Below the pieces are notes generated by a model. It did not search any database. It saw nothing but the letters and a program-made list of their open reading frames with translations, and was not told the DNA's origin. This document shows positions 27,132 to 36,503 of a DNA stretch of 64,000 nucleotides, piece after piece (within the stretch, counting starts at the first letter, position 1; each line of letters begins with the position of its first letter). Where the stretch lies: assembly GCA_002421905.1 (NCBI GenBank), contig DISK01000014.1, positions 37,628 through 101,627 on the forward strand, in the 5' to 3' direction. The position numbers and the translations under genes were made by a program. The stretch is from Micavibrio sp. UBA6212. GTDB taxonomy: Bacteria; Pseudomonadota; Alphaproteobacteria; Micavibrionales; Micavibrionaceae.

Positions 27132-28460
27132 ATGAACGAACTGATCCTTGGCATCCCTGCCCAGTATATTGCAGTCGCCATCATGGGCATGGTCTATGCC
27201 GTTATTATTGCTGAAAAAATGAATCAGGCTGTGATCGCTCTGGTGGCATCATCCTTGGCAATCATTCTTGGCCTGCTGAATCAGGAACAAGCTATCGAGG
27301 CCGTGGACTTCAACACATTATTCCTGTTGATCGGCATGATGGTGATTGTCGGCATCATGAAAGAAACCGGAATTTTCCAATATGTAGCAATCGTTGCCGC
27401 AAAATCGGTGCGCGCCAGCCCGCGTGGGCTCATGGCGGTCTTGTCCGTAATTACCGCAGTCTTCTCGGCCTTTCTGGATAACGTCACAACAGTAATGCTG
27501 ATCGTCCCGATCGTGATTTTGTTGACCGAACAATTGAAACTGAAACCTTTTCCATTTCTGCTGGCACAAATTATTTTCTCGAATGTCGGGGGAACAGCGA
27601 CCTTGATCGGTGACCCACCCAACATTCTGATCGGTTCTGCCGTGGGGTTGAGCTTCACAGACTTCCTGTTCAATATGGGGCCGGCCATTGTCTGCATCAT
27701 CATTGTTATGCTGGGGGTCTTCGACCTTTTCTGGGGACGTCACCTGACCACCTCGATGCGCGCGCGCGCCCACCTGTTGCGCTATGAACCGGCAAAAGCC
27801 CTGAAAAACCATACCTTGCTGATCAAATCCTTTTTCGTCTTGGGGCTGGTGATGGCAGGATTCACCTTGGGGCATAATTTCTTGCACATCGAAACCGGAA
27901 CCACGGCACTGGCTGGCGCGGCGTTGCTGATGTTCCTTGACGGGTTTGGCCACAAACTGACCGAAAAGAACAAAAAAGCTCACGCAGCATTCCATGAAGT
28001 CGAATGGGATACGATTTTCTTCTTCCTTGGTTTGTTTATCGTGGTGGCCAGTTTGGAACATACAGGCCTTCTGGCACTGGCAGCCCAACAAATCACCTCA
28101 CTGACCGATGGTGACTTTACCAAAACCGGAATGGTTATTCTGTGGGCTTCGACCTTCTTCTCGGCCTTTGTCAACAACATCCCGTTCGTGGCAACCATGA
28201 TCCCTGTGATTCAAAGTATGGGGGATACATTCGGCCAAGGCGATGCACTCAACCCACTGTGGTGGAGTCTGGTTCTTGGGGCGTGTCTTGGTGGTAACGG
28301 AACCCTGATCGGGGCCTCGGCCAACGTGATGGTGGCCTCCTTTGCCGACCGTGCCGGACATTCGATTTCCTTTATGAAATATATTGCCCTTGGCCTGCCG
28401 CTAACATTGCTGACCATTGCCATTGCCAATGTTTACCTGCTACTGGTCTATTTCCTTTAG
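27132..28460 (+). CDS. ArsB/NhaD-superfamily permease (anion transporter)
   Basis: About 12 hydrophobic segments. FLDNVTTVMLIVPI and GGTATLIGDPPNILIG motifs. Confidence 0.75.
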   Translation: MNELILGIPAQYIAVAIMGMVYAVIIAEKMNQAVIALVASSLAIILGLLNQEQAIEAVDFNTLFLLIGMMVIVGIMKETGIFQYVAIVAAKSVRASPRGLMAVLSVITAVFSAFLDNVTTVMLIVPIVILLTEQLKLKPFPFLLAQIIFSNVGGTATLIGDPPNILIGSAVGLSFTDFLFNMGPAIVCIIIVMLGVFDLFWGRHLTTSMRARAHLLRYEPAKALKNHTLLIKSFFVLGLVMAGFTLGHNFLHIETGTTALAGAALLMFLDGFGHKLTEKNKKAHAAFHEVEWDTIFFFLGLFIVVASLEHTGLLALAAQQITSLTDGDFTKTGMVILWASTFFSAFVNNIPFVATMIPVIQSMGDTFGQGDALNPLWWSLVLGACLGGNGTLIGASANVMVASFADRAGHSISFMKYIALGLPLTLLTIAIANVYLLLVYFL

Positions 28461-28478
28461 ATTTGATAAACTGCGGGC

Positions 28479-29249
28479 ATGAACAAGATTCTTGCCACAT
28501 TGACAGAACTCTATGAAAGCGATACGCCCCGCGCGCATCGCTTTCGTTATGTCCTGCTTTCCCTTGATGTTGTGACCCTGCTGTTTTTGATTGTCTCGAC
28601 ATTTTTCCATGGCAACGACTTCATTGAATTTATTGATATTATTTTTGGACTCTATGTGGCGATAGACTACGGAGCACGATTTGCAATTTCCCCGAAAAAA
28701 GTTTCTTTTACCATTTCTCCCTTGAATATTTTTGATCTGGCCGTCATCTTATCTTTCCTTGCGCCACTGATCGGGGAAAACCTTGCATTCCTGCGCGCTG
28801 CCCGTGTTGTCAGACTTCTGCGCTCTTACGTTTTGGTCAAACGCCTGCGCGAAGACTTTACGTTCTTCCAGAAGAACGAAGACATTATTCTCAGTATAAC
28901 CAACCTGATGCTCTTCATCTTCGTCATGACACAACTTGTCTATGTTACGCAGGTCGATACCAACCCCAACATCAAACATTTTGTCGATGCCATGTATTTC
29001 ACCGTAACGACGCTGACCACCACAGGCTTCGGGGATATAACGCTCAACGGCAGTACAGGAAAAGCGATCTCGATCCTGATTATGATTTTCGGCGTCTCCT
29101 TGTTTATCCGCCTGATCCAGACTGTCTTCCGTCCACAAAAAGTTCGCTTCCCCTGTCCACAATGTGGCTTATACCTGCACGATCAGGATGCGGTTCACTG
29201 CAAGGCCTGCGGTAACATTCTCAACATCCCCGATGAAGGACGCCTCTGA
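28479..29249 (+). CDS. Voltage-sensor-containing K+ channel (6TM, Kv-like) with C-terminal zinc ribbon
   Basis: S4-like LRAARVVRLLRSYVLVKRLR. Selectivity filter TVTTLTTTGFGD. C-terminus CPQCG-x12-CKACG. Confidence 0.8.
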   Translation: MNKILATLTELYESDTPRAHRFRYVLLSLDVVTLLFLIVSTFFHGNDFIEFIDIIFGLYVAIDYGARFAISPKKVSFTISPLNIFDLAVILSFLAPLIGENLAFLRAARVVRLLRSYVLVKRLREDFTFFQKNEDIILSITNLMLFIFVMTQLVYVTQVDTNPNIKHFVDAMYFTVTTLTTTGFGDITLNGSTGKAISILIMIFGVSLFIRLIQTVFRPQKVRFPCPQCGLYLHDQDAVHCKACGNILNIPDEGRL

Positions 29250-29250
29250 G

Positions 29251-29790
29251 ATGACCGGAAGAATACAGGATAAAATTTTCACCTCGGCAACCGATCTGGC
29301 CCCTGTTCTGGCCGACCTGAAACAACAGGGCAAGGTGATCGTAACCACCAACGGCATTTATGACTTTTTGCACGCAGGTCATGTTGAATATCTGGAAATG
29401 GCGCGCCATCTGGGGGATGCTCTGGTGGTGATTTTGAATACCGATGCCTCGACCAAACGGATCAAGGGCCCTGCCCGCCCGATCAACGCAGAACAAGACC
29501 GTGCCTTTGTCGCCGCTGGATTAGGCTGCGTGGACTATGTGACGTTCTTTGATGAAGACACCCCGACACAGATTCTCGATATTCTCAAACCGGACCTTCA
29601 TGCCAAAGGCGGAGATTACGACCCCGATAAAATGCCGGAAACCGCGACCATCCGCAAAAATGGTGGCGATGTCCGGATTATTCCGTTGAAAGAAGGTTAC
29701 TCCAACAGCAAGCAATTCCAGAAAATCAAGGAAGCTGCCGAATATGATGAAAAATTCCAGCGCCCTGATTGGCTCGCCGGCAGCAAGTAA
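29251..29790 (+). CDS. D-glycero-beta-D-manno-heptose 1-phosphate adenylyltransferase-like cytidylyltransferase (RfaE domain II type)
   Basis: VTTNGIYDFLHAGHVEYL (HxGH) ...VILNTDAS. The ATG follows the stop of the channel gene after a 1-nt gap. Confidence 0.75.
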   Translation: MTGRIQDKIFTSATDLAPVLADLKQQGKVIVTTNGIYDFLHAGHVEYLEMARHLGDALVVILNTDASTKRIKGPARPINAEQDRAFVAAGLGCVDYVTFFDEDTPTQILDILKPDLHAKGGDYDPDKMPETATIRKNGGDVRIIPLKEGYSNSKQFQKIKEAAEYDEKFQRPDWLAGSK

Positions 29791-29863
29791 GAAAAGCAAA
29801 TAAGAATTACTTGCAACTAAAAGCGCCCTCCTGCTATAAATATAAAAAACGAGGGAGGCTGCT

Positions 29864-30079
29864 GTGCATATCTGTATCTGCCGTGAGATCAACGAAAAAC
29901 AACTACAAGATTTTATAGAGAAATATCCTGAATTTTTGAAAAAAAACTGGGAGGAAGTCAGCTCCATCATGACTGATGAAGGCTACCAATGTGGCACTTG
30001 TGAGGATCATGGGGAAATGTGTCTGGATGAACTGCGCCAAAATCAAAACCAGAATCAAGAAACAAGTCCTCACCCTTGA
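29864..30079 (+). CDS. bfd: BFD-like [2Fe-2S]-binding protein (bacterioferritin-associated ferredoxin-like)
   Basis: GTG start after GAGGGAGG. MHICICREI...CGTC Cys pattern (CxC...CxxC). The last roughly 6 codons lie in a dispersed repeat. Confidence 0.65.
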   Translation: MHICICREINEKQLQDFIEKYPEFLKKNWEEVSSIMTDEGYQCGTCEDHGEMCLDELRQNQNQNQETSPHP

Positions 30080-30157
30080 GGGAGAATGAATAAATAAGAA
30101 AATAGATCAATAAACAAGTCCTCTCCCTTGAGGGGAGAGGATTTAGGTGAGGGTGAT
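30061..30157. repeat. Hairpin repeat copies in inverted orientation relative to 10091-10135
   Basis: aacaagtcctcacccttgagggag and aacaagtcctctcccttgaggggagaggatttaggtgagggtgat. The latter is the reverse complement of the unit at 10091-10135 and 37777-37820. Confidence 0.85.
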
Positions 30158-30187
30158 CTGTATCAAGTCACTTTCATCAAAAATCTG

Positions 30188-30514
30188 TCATTGCGTAAAA
30201 ACCAATCCGGTTTTTGCCTGCAAAGCGTCTAAAGCCCCATGCCCTAACATATCTTCTAAGGGAACCAGAACATCGACAATCTGTCCCGTCTCGGGATGGC
30301 GTCCAATCATGGTCAGACTTCTACCCGTTGCTGAAATGGCCGCCAATTCACCAAACCTGCGGCGCGCAGCCAACACATCCTTGCGATAAGCTTTTTTAAC
30401 TTCAGGAGCTTCGGAATAAGTCGCGACAATAAAGCCTGCCTCTTGCAACACCTGCAAAGCCCGTGCTGCCGATATGGTTGATGTCTGCTTTTTGAAATCG
30501 TTACCCTTCACCAA
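30188..30514 (-). CDS. Hypothetical protein, short paralogue of 30731-31288
   Basis: TTG/GTG start. LQEAGFIVATYSE and GRSLTMIGRHPETGQIVDVLVP....G..LDALQAKTGL align with the neighbouring gene. Confidence 0.5.
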   Translation of the reverse strand: MVKGNDFKKQTSTISAARALQVLQEAGFIVATYSEAPEVKKAYRKDVLAARRRFGELAAISATGRSLTMIGRHPETGQIVDVLVPLEDMLGHGALDALQAKTGLVFTQ

Positions 30515-30730
30515 AACCCTATGCCCCTTTATAGTTGTTCTGAATAAAAATCGTACAGATCGTCATCGCCTGAATCGCGCAATAATTATGGAGCGATTCT
30601 AAGGCGATCCATGGATTCCCCTAGAATCTGCTATGCAGATTCGGGGAACGACGCATTAAGAGATAGTCCATCCTAAAATGAGAAAGACCATAAAAGAGCA
30701 TAACAGAATTAATCTAATAGAAAACAGAGA

Positions 30731-31288
30731 TTAATAAAAATTTCTACCTCTGCTTTCGGGCGCTTCTTTTTGACGGGACAAAACAGAGTCATCCTTTGGC
30801 AAATGAAGCAGATTAATTCCTGTTTGGTTACGTAGCGCTTCCAACTCGGTTCCGCGCATATGTCCGCAAGGAGCAACAAGAAACTCCGCAGACCGTCCTG
30901 TCTCAACATGGAACCCCGAGAATTTCATCCGGCGGCCACCATGACTGACATCAAGAACGTCCATAGGCTTCATCGCCTGAACCCGATTATATTCTGCCCT
31001 TAAACCTCTGAGGACGTCATCCCCAACATTACTTTTTCCTAATGCGATGCTCAGCTTGGATTGTGCGGCTTTGCGTATTTCGGCTAACTTTTGTTGGGCA
31101 AGATCATTAAACACTGCACAAGTTTCTTTGGCAGAAGGACGACGGGACGTCCTGACACCAGAGTTTGTTTCTTCTCCATCAGTAACACAGGTAAATCCAG
31201 CTTTTATAAGCTCCCCAACAACCTCACGCACACTAACGCTTAAAGATTCAACTCCCGGCTTTTTATCAATTCTCTTTTTATTTCTCAT
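30731..31288 (-). CDS. Hypothetical protein, long paralogue of 30188-30514
   Basis: LIKAGFTCVTDGE and GRRMKFSGFHVETGRSAEFLVAP..HMRGTELEALRNQTGI. GGGAG RBS. Confidence 0.55.
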   Translation of the reverse strand: MRNKKRIDKKPGVESLSVSVREVVGELIKAGFTCVTDGEETNSGVRTSRRPSAKETCAVFNDLAQQKLAEIRKAAQSKLSIALGKSNVGDDVLRGLRAEYNRVQAMKPMDVLDVSHGGRRMKFSGFHVETGRSAEFLVAPCGHMRGTELEALRNQTGINLLHLPKDDSVLSRQKEAPESRGRNFY

Positions 31289-31330
31289 ACTCAGATACTC
31301 CCTTTTTTGGTTTTTGTTTTGGTTTCGGTT

Positions 31331-32452
31331 TTAGTTTTGTTTTCGACGCTGACTTTCAGATTTCAACTGACCACACGCGGCAAGAATATCCCGACCTCTC
31401 GGACGGCGGATCGGTGCTTCATATCCAGCACCTTCCAGAATATGCGCAAAACTTTCAATCCGCTTCATCGGGGAACATTGAAATCCACTGCCCGCCCAGG
31501 CATTAAACGGAATGAGATTAATCTTGCACGGAATGTCATACAAAAGATGAGTCAGTTCTCTCGCTTGTTCATCACTGTCATTGACCCCATCAAGCATCAC
31601 ATATTCAAACGTGATCCGGCGCATTGGGGAAATCCCCGGATAATTCCGACAGGCCTCCAGCAAATCTTTCAAAGGATATTTATTGTTGATCGGCATAATG
31701 CTTGATCTTAATTCGTCATTCGATGCGTGCAAAGAAATCGCAAGGTTGACACCCAACTCTTCCCCACACTGAACAATCTGTGGCACAACGCCGGATGTTG
31801 ACAAGGTTATATGACGCTTGGAAATCCCTAGGCCATCCGCATGCATACAAATCCTCAGGGCCGCCGCCACATTCTCGTAATTATAAAGCGGTTCACCCAT
31901 GCCCATCATCACGATATTGGTGAGGTCACGACTTTGCTTTTCGCCGTCTGACGGCCATTCTTTCAAAACATCTTTTGCATACATAACTTGTTGCAAAATT
32001 TCATGTGGCCCCAGATTTCTAACCAAGGGCTGTGTTCCGGTATGACAGAATTTACAGGTCAACGTGCATCCGACTTGCGACGACACACATAACGTCCCGC
32101 GCGTCGGGGTCGGAATAAACACCATCTCGACTTGCTGTCCGTCCGACATGCCAAGCAACCATTTGATGGTGCCATCTTCCGATTTTTGTTCGGTCATAAC
32201 TTTGGGACGATCAATCACATATTTTTCAACCAGTATTGCGCGTAAATCTTTTGGTAAGTTTGCCATTTTGTCAAAAGACGTCACACCGCGCTGATAAATC
32301 CAGTTCCAGATTTGTTTGGCGCGAAAGGCAGGCATGCCCTCTTCAACCATCAAGGCCTGCATCTGGGGCAAGTCCATCCCGACCAGCTCGATCCGTCCGG
32401 CAGAATCCATGCGCGGAGCTTCAAATTTATCGGCATGGGAAGATACACTCAT
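31331..32452 (-). CDS. rlmN: 23S rRNA/tRNA (adenine-C2)-methyltransferase, radical SAM
   Basis: CVSSQVGCTLTCKFCHTG (CxxxCxxC) and MGMGEPLYN motifs. Confidence 0.95.
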   Translation of the reverse strand: MSVSSHADKFEAPRMDSAGRIELVGMDLPQMQALMVEEGMPAFRAKQIWNWIYQRGVTSFDKMANLPKDLRAILVEKYVIDRPKVMTEQKSEDGTIKWLLGMSDGQQVEMVFIPTPTRGTLCVSSQVGCTLTCKFCHTGTQPLVRNLGPHEILQQVMYAKDVLKEWPSDGEKQSRDLTNIVMMGMGEPLYNYENVAAALRICMHADGLGISKRHITLSTSGVVPQIVQCGEELGVNLAISLHASNDELRSSIMPINNKYPLKDLLEACRNYPGISPMRRITFEYVMLDGVNDSDEQARELTHLLYDIPCKINLIPFNAWAGSGFQCSPMKRIESFAHILEGAGYEAPIRRPRGRDILAACGQLKSESQRRKQN

Positions 32453-32695
32453 TAAAAAATCCTGCTGTGATGTTTGGTGACAAATCTGTCGATATATATA
32501 AAGGACAGCCCTACATGAGCTTATATATTATGTCAATGATAAAATATTGATTTTTCTTTGTAACTTTTTTGTCGCACCGCCGAATACCTATCAGAGACAG
32601 AAAATAATAAATTGGTCGATCTAAAAACGGAACCAAAACTGTCCCATATACGTAAGAATATCAAGTTTAAAAGAACGAAGGAAAAGGGTACTAAA

Positions 32696-33589
32696 ATGGC
32701 ACATATTGACGATCAAGGAACTCAAAGATCCAATCTGGACTACATCCGATCCTCGATGAAAGAGCCGCTACTGGAACGCGAGCACGAGGCAGATTTGGCG
32801 CGCAAATGGCGCAATGAAGGCGATGAACGCGCGATGCATGAACTGGTTAAATCCTATACCAGACTGGTGATTGCTGCGGCCTCCAGATATAAAAATTATG
32901 GACTGCCCTTGGGCGACCTGATTCAAGAAGGCAATATCGGCCTGATGCAGGCTGCCAACCGGTTTGAACCGGAACGCGAGGTTCGCTTTTCGACCTATGC
33001 CGCATGGTGGATCAGAGCCTCCATTCAGGACTATATCCTGCGCAACTGGTCGATTGTTCGTACAGGCACAACCGCCGCACAAAAATCCCTGTTCTTTAAT
33101 CTGCGCCGCCTGCGGACCAAGATTGATGGAGCGGCGACCGAAAACGGCCTGACCTCCGAAGGACGCGAGAAAATTGCAAAAATTCTCGGCGTACGGGTCA
33201 AGGATGTTGAAAATATGGAAGGCCGGATGAGTGGCGGCGACCAATCGCTGAATGCAACGCTTTCCGAAGACGGCGACGATGACTTTCAATCGTTCCTGTC
33301 CGACACCCGCCCCAACCCCGAAGACATCGTCATCGGGATCAAGGATGCCGGAACCCGTTCCGCATGGCTTAACTCTGCACTAAAGACACTTTCTGACCGC
33401 GAGCAACGCATTATCCGTGAACGCCACTTGCAATATGACACCGTCACTTTGGAAGATCTGGGTAAAAAACTAGGGGTCAGCAAAGAACGCGTCCGCCAGT
33501 TGGAAGCCCGCGCCATGCAGAAATTGAAACAAAATCTGGAACCACGCATCGGGAAAGATATCAAGGATATGCTCACCGACGCGGCGTAA
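32696..33589 (+). CDS. rpoH: RNA polymerase sigma-32 (heat-shock) factor
   Basis: RpoB-box-like AAQKSLFFNLRRLR. Regions 2 and 4 (DLIQEGNIGLMQAANRFEPEREVRFSTYAAWWIRASI; LGVSKERVRQLEARAM). Confidence 0.93.
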   Translation: MAHIDDQGTQRSNLDYIRSSMKEPLLEREHEADLARKWRNEGDERAMHELVKSYTRLVIAAASRYKNYGLPLGDLIQEGNIGLMQAANRFEPEREVRFSTYAAWWIRASIQDYILRNWSIVRTGTTAAQKSLFFNLRRLRTKIDGAATENGLTSEGREKIAKILGVRVKDVENMEGRMSGGDQSLNATLSEDGDDDFQSFLSDTRPNPEDIVIGIKDAGTRSAWLNSALKTLSDREQRIIRERHLQYDTVTLEDLGKKLGVSKERVRQLEARAMQKLKQNLEPRIGKDIKDMLTDAA

Positions 33590-33628
33590 TAAGAATAAAG
33601 TTTTTTCATCTCCCCTGAAAAAGGACTA

Positions 33629-33665
33629 AACCGGCAGAACTCCCCTTCTCGCCGGTTTTTTCTTT
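33629..33665 (+). terminator. Rho-independent terminator after rpoH
   Basis: AAACCGGC...GCCGGTTT stem (8 bp, 15-nt loop) followed by a T-rich run. Confidence 0.6.
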
Positions 33666-35147
33666 TTACCGCACGACCTTATATCTCTGTCCGGTTTTCA
33701 CAACGTCTTTGGCGCCCATCCCGTTCAACACACGGAACCATTCATCCGAATACCCATTACTCTGCATCTGCCGTGACAAAGTCCCGACCGTGTCTCCTGC
33801 CTTGGCAGTGACCAATTCAATCCGGACGGGTCGAATGGTTTTCTTTTCAGCATCACTCATTTTGCGAAAACTGTATGTGACGCGCTTTAACTCATCAACA
33901 CTTTGCTGGGAAAGACTTTTGGGGATGACCATCTGGAACCTGACAAAATCGCGCGGACCCCATTGAATCGCAACCAGACGCAACACAACTGGCTGGTTAT
34001 TGAATGTTCCGTCCACAGCCAAGGTAGCCGCAGGTGACCCATTAACACTGATGGGCTCGGGACGTGCCACGACACCCTTACCCTCCAACCAGTCGCGCGA
34101 CAGATAAGTCACAGGATCGGTCATACCCCGACTGGCGGCCATATCCATGATAAACACCGCCCCGTCGCGCCCCTTGGCGATCACCTGATCCGGCTGGTTA
34201 ATCAATTTATATCCGGCAGGAACAGTAAACGTAAGACCCAACTCCGGATGATAGAACCCATGATTGCGGACAAATCCTTGCTTCTCGCTATCGCCATAGG
34301 TCATGCCGCGAATTTTCGAAAGATACCGTTCACGATTAATGGCCTTTTCATCCTGCACAGGTTTGACGAGCGGATAGCTTGCCGCCAAAGACGATGTTGC
34401 CGCAACACGGTCTGCGGTGATCGGGTGATCGGAAAAGAAACTGCTCTGCTGCTGCTTACCTTCTATTTTCTGCTCCAGACGATCCTCCCGATCCAACTGG
34501 TTAAGCAATCTTGGCATGGCGAATGTATCATATCCTCCACGGCTCAAATAACGCAGCCCCAAAGCATCGGCCTGACTTTCCTGATCGCGGGAATAAGAAC
34601 TCATATAAAGGTTTGTGCCAGTGCTCAACGCCTGAGACACTCCGGGCGTACCGGAAACCGCGCCGATAATCGACACTCCCAAAGATGCCAGAACACCGGT
34701 CGAAAAACGCTCGGCCTGATGGCGGGCAGTGATGTGTCCAACTTCATGAGCCAGAACAGACGCCAGCTCATCCTCGCTATTGGCCAAGGCCAGAATGCCA
34801 CGCGTGACATAAATATATCCCCCCGGCAAAGCAAAGGCATTCACTTCCGGACTATCCAGCAACGTAAACCGATAGGTAATATCCGGACGCTCGGTATCCT
34901 TGGCAACGCGCTGACCGATCTCATTCACATAAGCCTGCAAGCCAGGATGATTATAAACCCCGCCAAACTCTTTGATAATGTCCTGATGATGCTCTGCACC
35001 CAGCGCCTTTTCCTGATCTTCCGACATCAATCCGGTAAATTGCTTCTCTCCTGTGGCGGGATTGAACGTACAAGCCGCCACTCCAAAAAACAGAGCACAA
35101 ATGGACAGACCCAACACGAAAGGCTTGCAAAAAAGGTGATAATCCAT
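33666..35147 (-). CDS. M48-family Zn metallopeptidase with C-terminal LysM-like domain
   Basis: HEVGHITARH (HExxH). Signal and lipobox-like N-terminus (FFGVAAC). C-terminus DTVGTLSRQM...W.RVLNG......V.TGQRYKVV. Confidence 0.85.
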   Translation of the reverse strand: MDYHLFCKPFVLGLSICALFFGVAACTFNPATGEKQFTGLMSEDQEKALGAEHHQDIIKEFGGVYNHPGLQAYVNEIGQRVAKDTERPDITYRFTLLDSPEVNAFALPGGYIYVTRGILALANSEDELASVLAHEVGHITARHQAERFSTGVLASLGVSIIGAVSGTPGVSQALSTGTNLYMSSYSRDQESQADALGLRYLSRGGYDTFAMPRLLNQLDREDRLEQKIEGKQQQSSFFSDHPITADRVAATSSLAASYPLVKPVQDEKAINRERYLSKIRGMTYGDSEKQGFVRNHGFYHPELGLTFTVPAGYKLINQPDQVIAKGRDGAVFIMDMAASRGMTDPVTYLSRDWLEGKGVVARPEPISVNGSPAATLAVDGTFNNQPVVLRLVAIQWGPRDFVRFQMVIPKSLSQQSVDELKRVTYSFRKMSDAEKKTIRPVRIELVTAKAGDTVGTLSRQMQSNGYSDEWFRVLNGMGAKDVVKTGQRYKVVR

Positions 35148-35159
35148 AAATCTGGCTCC

Positions 35160-36173
35160 ATGCAAAAGCTGTTATCATTTATTCTGCTGACTATGACCTG
35201 TTTCATAGCGGTTATCCTTATACCACAAGCCAACGCCGAACAGGTACAGGAGAATAAAAATATTGCTCCGGTAACATCCCGTTTTGACGGATTGGGTAAG
35301 ACATCAACCCCACTCACCGCCGATACAATTATCGACGGCACACATTTCATCGCAACTGACAAAAATATATACGTTTTACCAAATATAAAAACCCCTGAAA
35401 ATTTTTCAGACCTGCGCCTTCAGGCCAAAACGAGGTTGCACGACCTGCTCGATCAACACCGCTGCACACTCTATCAAACCCGCACAGCTGAACTGGGGCG
35501 CATGAACCGGATGGGGCACACAATCGCTCAACTCGAATGCGGAAAAGATAAAATCTGGATTTCTGGTCAACTGGTACGCGAAGGATTGGCGATGGTCTGG
35601 CCATCTCCATCAAATCCGGAAATGGTTCCTGATTTGTTGAAACTGGAGCAACTTGCCAGATCAGAAAAACTCGGTCTTTGGGCAGATGATAAAATCACGA
35701 TTCAAAATGCCGAAAGCATCAAAGACCATTTGAACTCCGAACAAATTATCGAAGCCAAAATTGAAAACGCAACGCTCACCAAAAATAATCTGTATCTGAA
35801 TTTTTCTCCCGACTGGAAAACCGATTTCACTATCGGCATATCCCCTGCCCTGCAACGGGACTTTGCCAAACGGCATATCGCCTTGCAATCGCTGCGCGGC
35901 AAGCTGGTTCGGGTGCGGGGCTGGGTGCGTTTTTATAACGGGCCATTCATTGACCTTGAAACACCCGATCAACTCGAGGTGCTTGAAAAGCAAGATCAGA
36001 ATACATCGGCTGGAACATCCATCAACGAACCAAAAAAACCATCCATGCAAACCATCTCCCATCCGGTTGCCCCGACGGTTGAAAAGCCCTCAATAACAAA
36101 AAAGGAAGAACCGAAATCGGAACAGGAAAAACTGGTCAAAGATATTATTCAGAAGATTAAGACCAACGATTAG
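35160..36173 (+). CDS. Secreted thermonuclease (SNase-like) family protein with Lys/Glu-rich tail
   Basis: Signal peptide MQKLLSFILLTMTCFIAVILIPQANA. SNase-like ...GQLVREGLAMVWP...LEQLARSEKLGLWAD. The 5' part of the track ORF 34248 is antisense to the M48 gene and is discarded. Confidence 0.7.
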   Translation: MQKLLSFILLTMTCFIAVILIPQANAEQVQENKNIAPVTSRFDGLGKTSTPLTADTIIDGTHFIATDKNIYVLPNIKTPENFSDLRLQAKTRLHDLLDQHRCTLYQTRTAELGRMNRMGHTIAQLECGKDKIWISGQLVREGLAMVWPSPSNPEMVPDLLKLEQLARSEKLGLWADDKITIQNAESIKDHLNSEQIIEAKIENATLTKNNLYLNFSPDWKTDFTIGISPALQRDFAKRHIALQSLRGKLVRVRGWVRFYNGPFIDLETPDQLEVLEKQDQNTSAGTSINEPKKPSMQTISHPVAPTVEKPSITKKEEPKSEQEKLVKDIIQKIKTND

Positions 36174-36174
36174 C

Positions 36175-36393
36175 CTATTTACAAGTAGCGTTGTAAACGT
36201 CCAGTCCGGATTTTGGATCAATGTTGGTTGAGCACTTTTGGCTGGGTGCATCATTTTTTTGAGGAACCACACCAGCAAGCGCAGCCGTAGCATGGTTAAC
36301 AGCCGGAACATCGAACAAGTCAATTCTTACGGCAATGGCGGTTCCTAAAGCAAAGACAGGAACCAAACTTGCAAGTCCAATTTTCCAACTCAT
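36175..36393 (-). CDS. Hypothetical small secreted protein (72 aa)
   Basis: N-terminal signal-like MSWKIGLASLVPVFALGTAIA. Two Cys. Confidence 0.35.
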   Translation of the reverse strand: MSWKIGLASLVPVFALGTAIAVRIDLFDVPAVNHATAALAGVVPQKNDAPSQKCSTNIDPKSGLDVYNATCK

Positions 36394-36503
36394 AATTAAA
36401 AACACCCTTTATAGTTATAATAGAACGAAACACGCGTAAACTATTATACATAACTAAATATGTCAACTTGTTTTATTGGCAGATTTTATATACGACTAAA
36501 GAT

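Noticed and set aside
27318-28091. 257-aa minus-strand ORF inside the ArsB/NhaD permease gene.
   Set aside because: Shadow ORF opposite a clear multi-TM transporter. The translated sequence is low-complexity (Q/H/D/G-rich) with no motif.
31289-31334. T/G-rich quasi-periodic tract (ttttttggtttttgttttggtttcggtttt) between rlmN and the 185-aa hypothetical gene.
   Set aside because: It is a low-complexity spacer. The periodicity of about 6 nt does not match helical phasing, and there is no second copy. Probably just an A-rich upstream or UP-like region on the minus strand.
34248-35159. The 5' 304 codons of the 641-aa plus-strand track ORF.
   Set aside because: This part is antisense to the M48 peptidase (HExxH present on the minus strand). 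The SNase-like protein starts at the internal ATG 35160, which is followed by a signal peptide.
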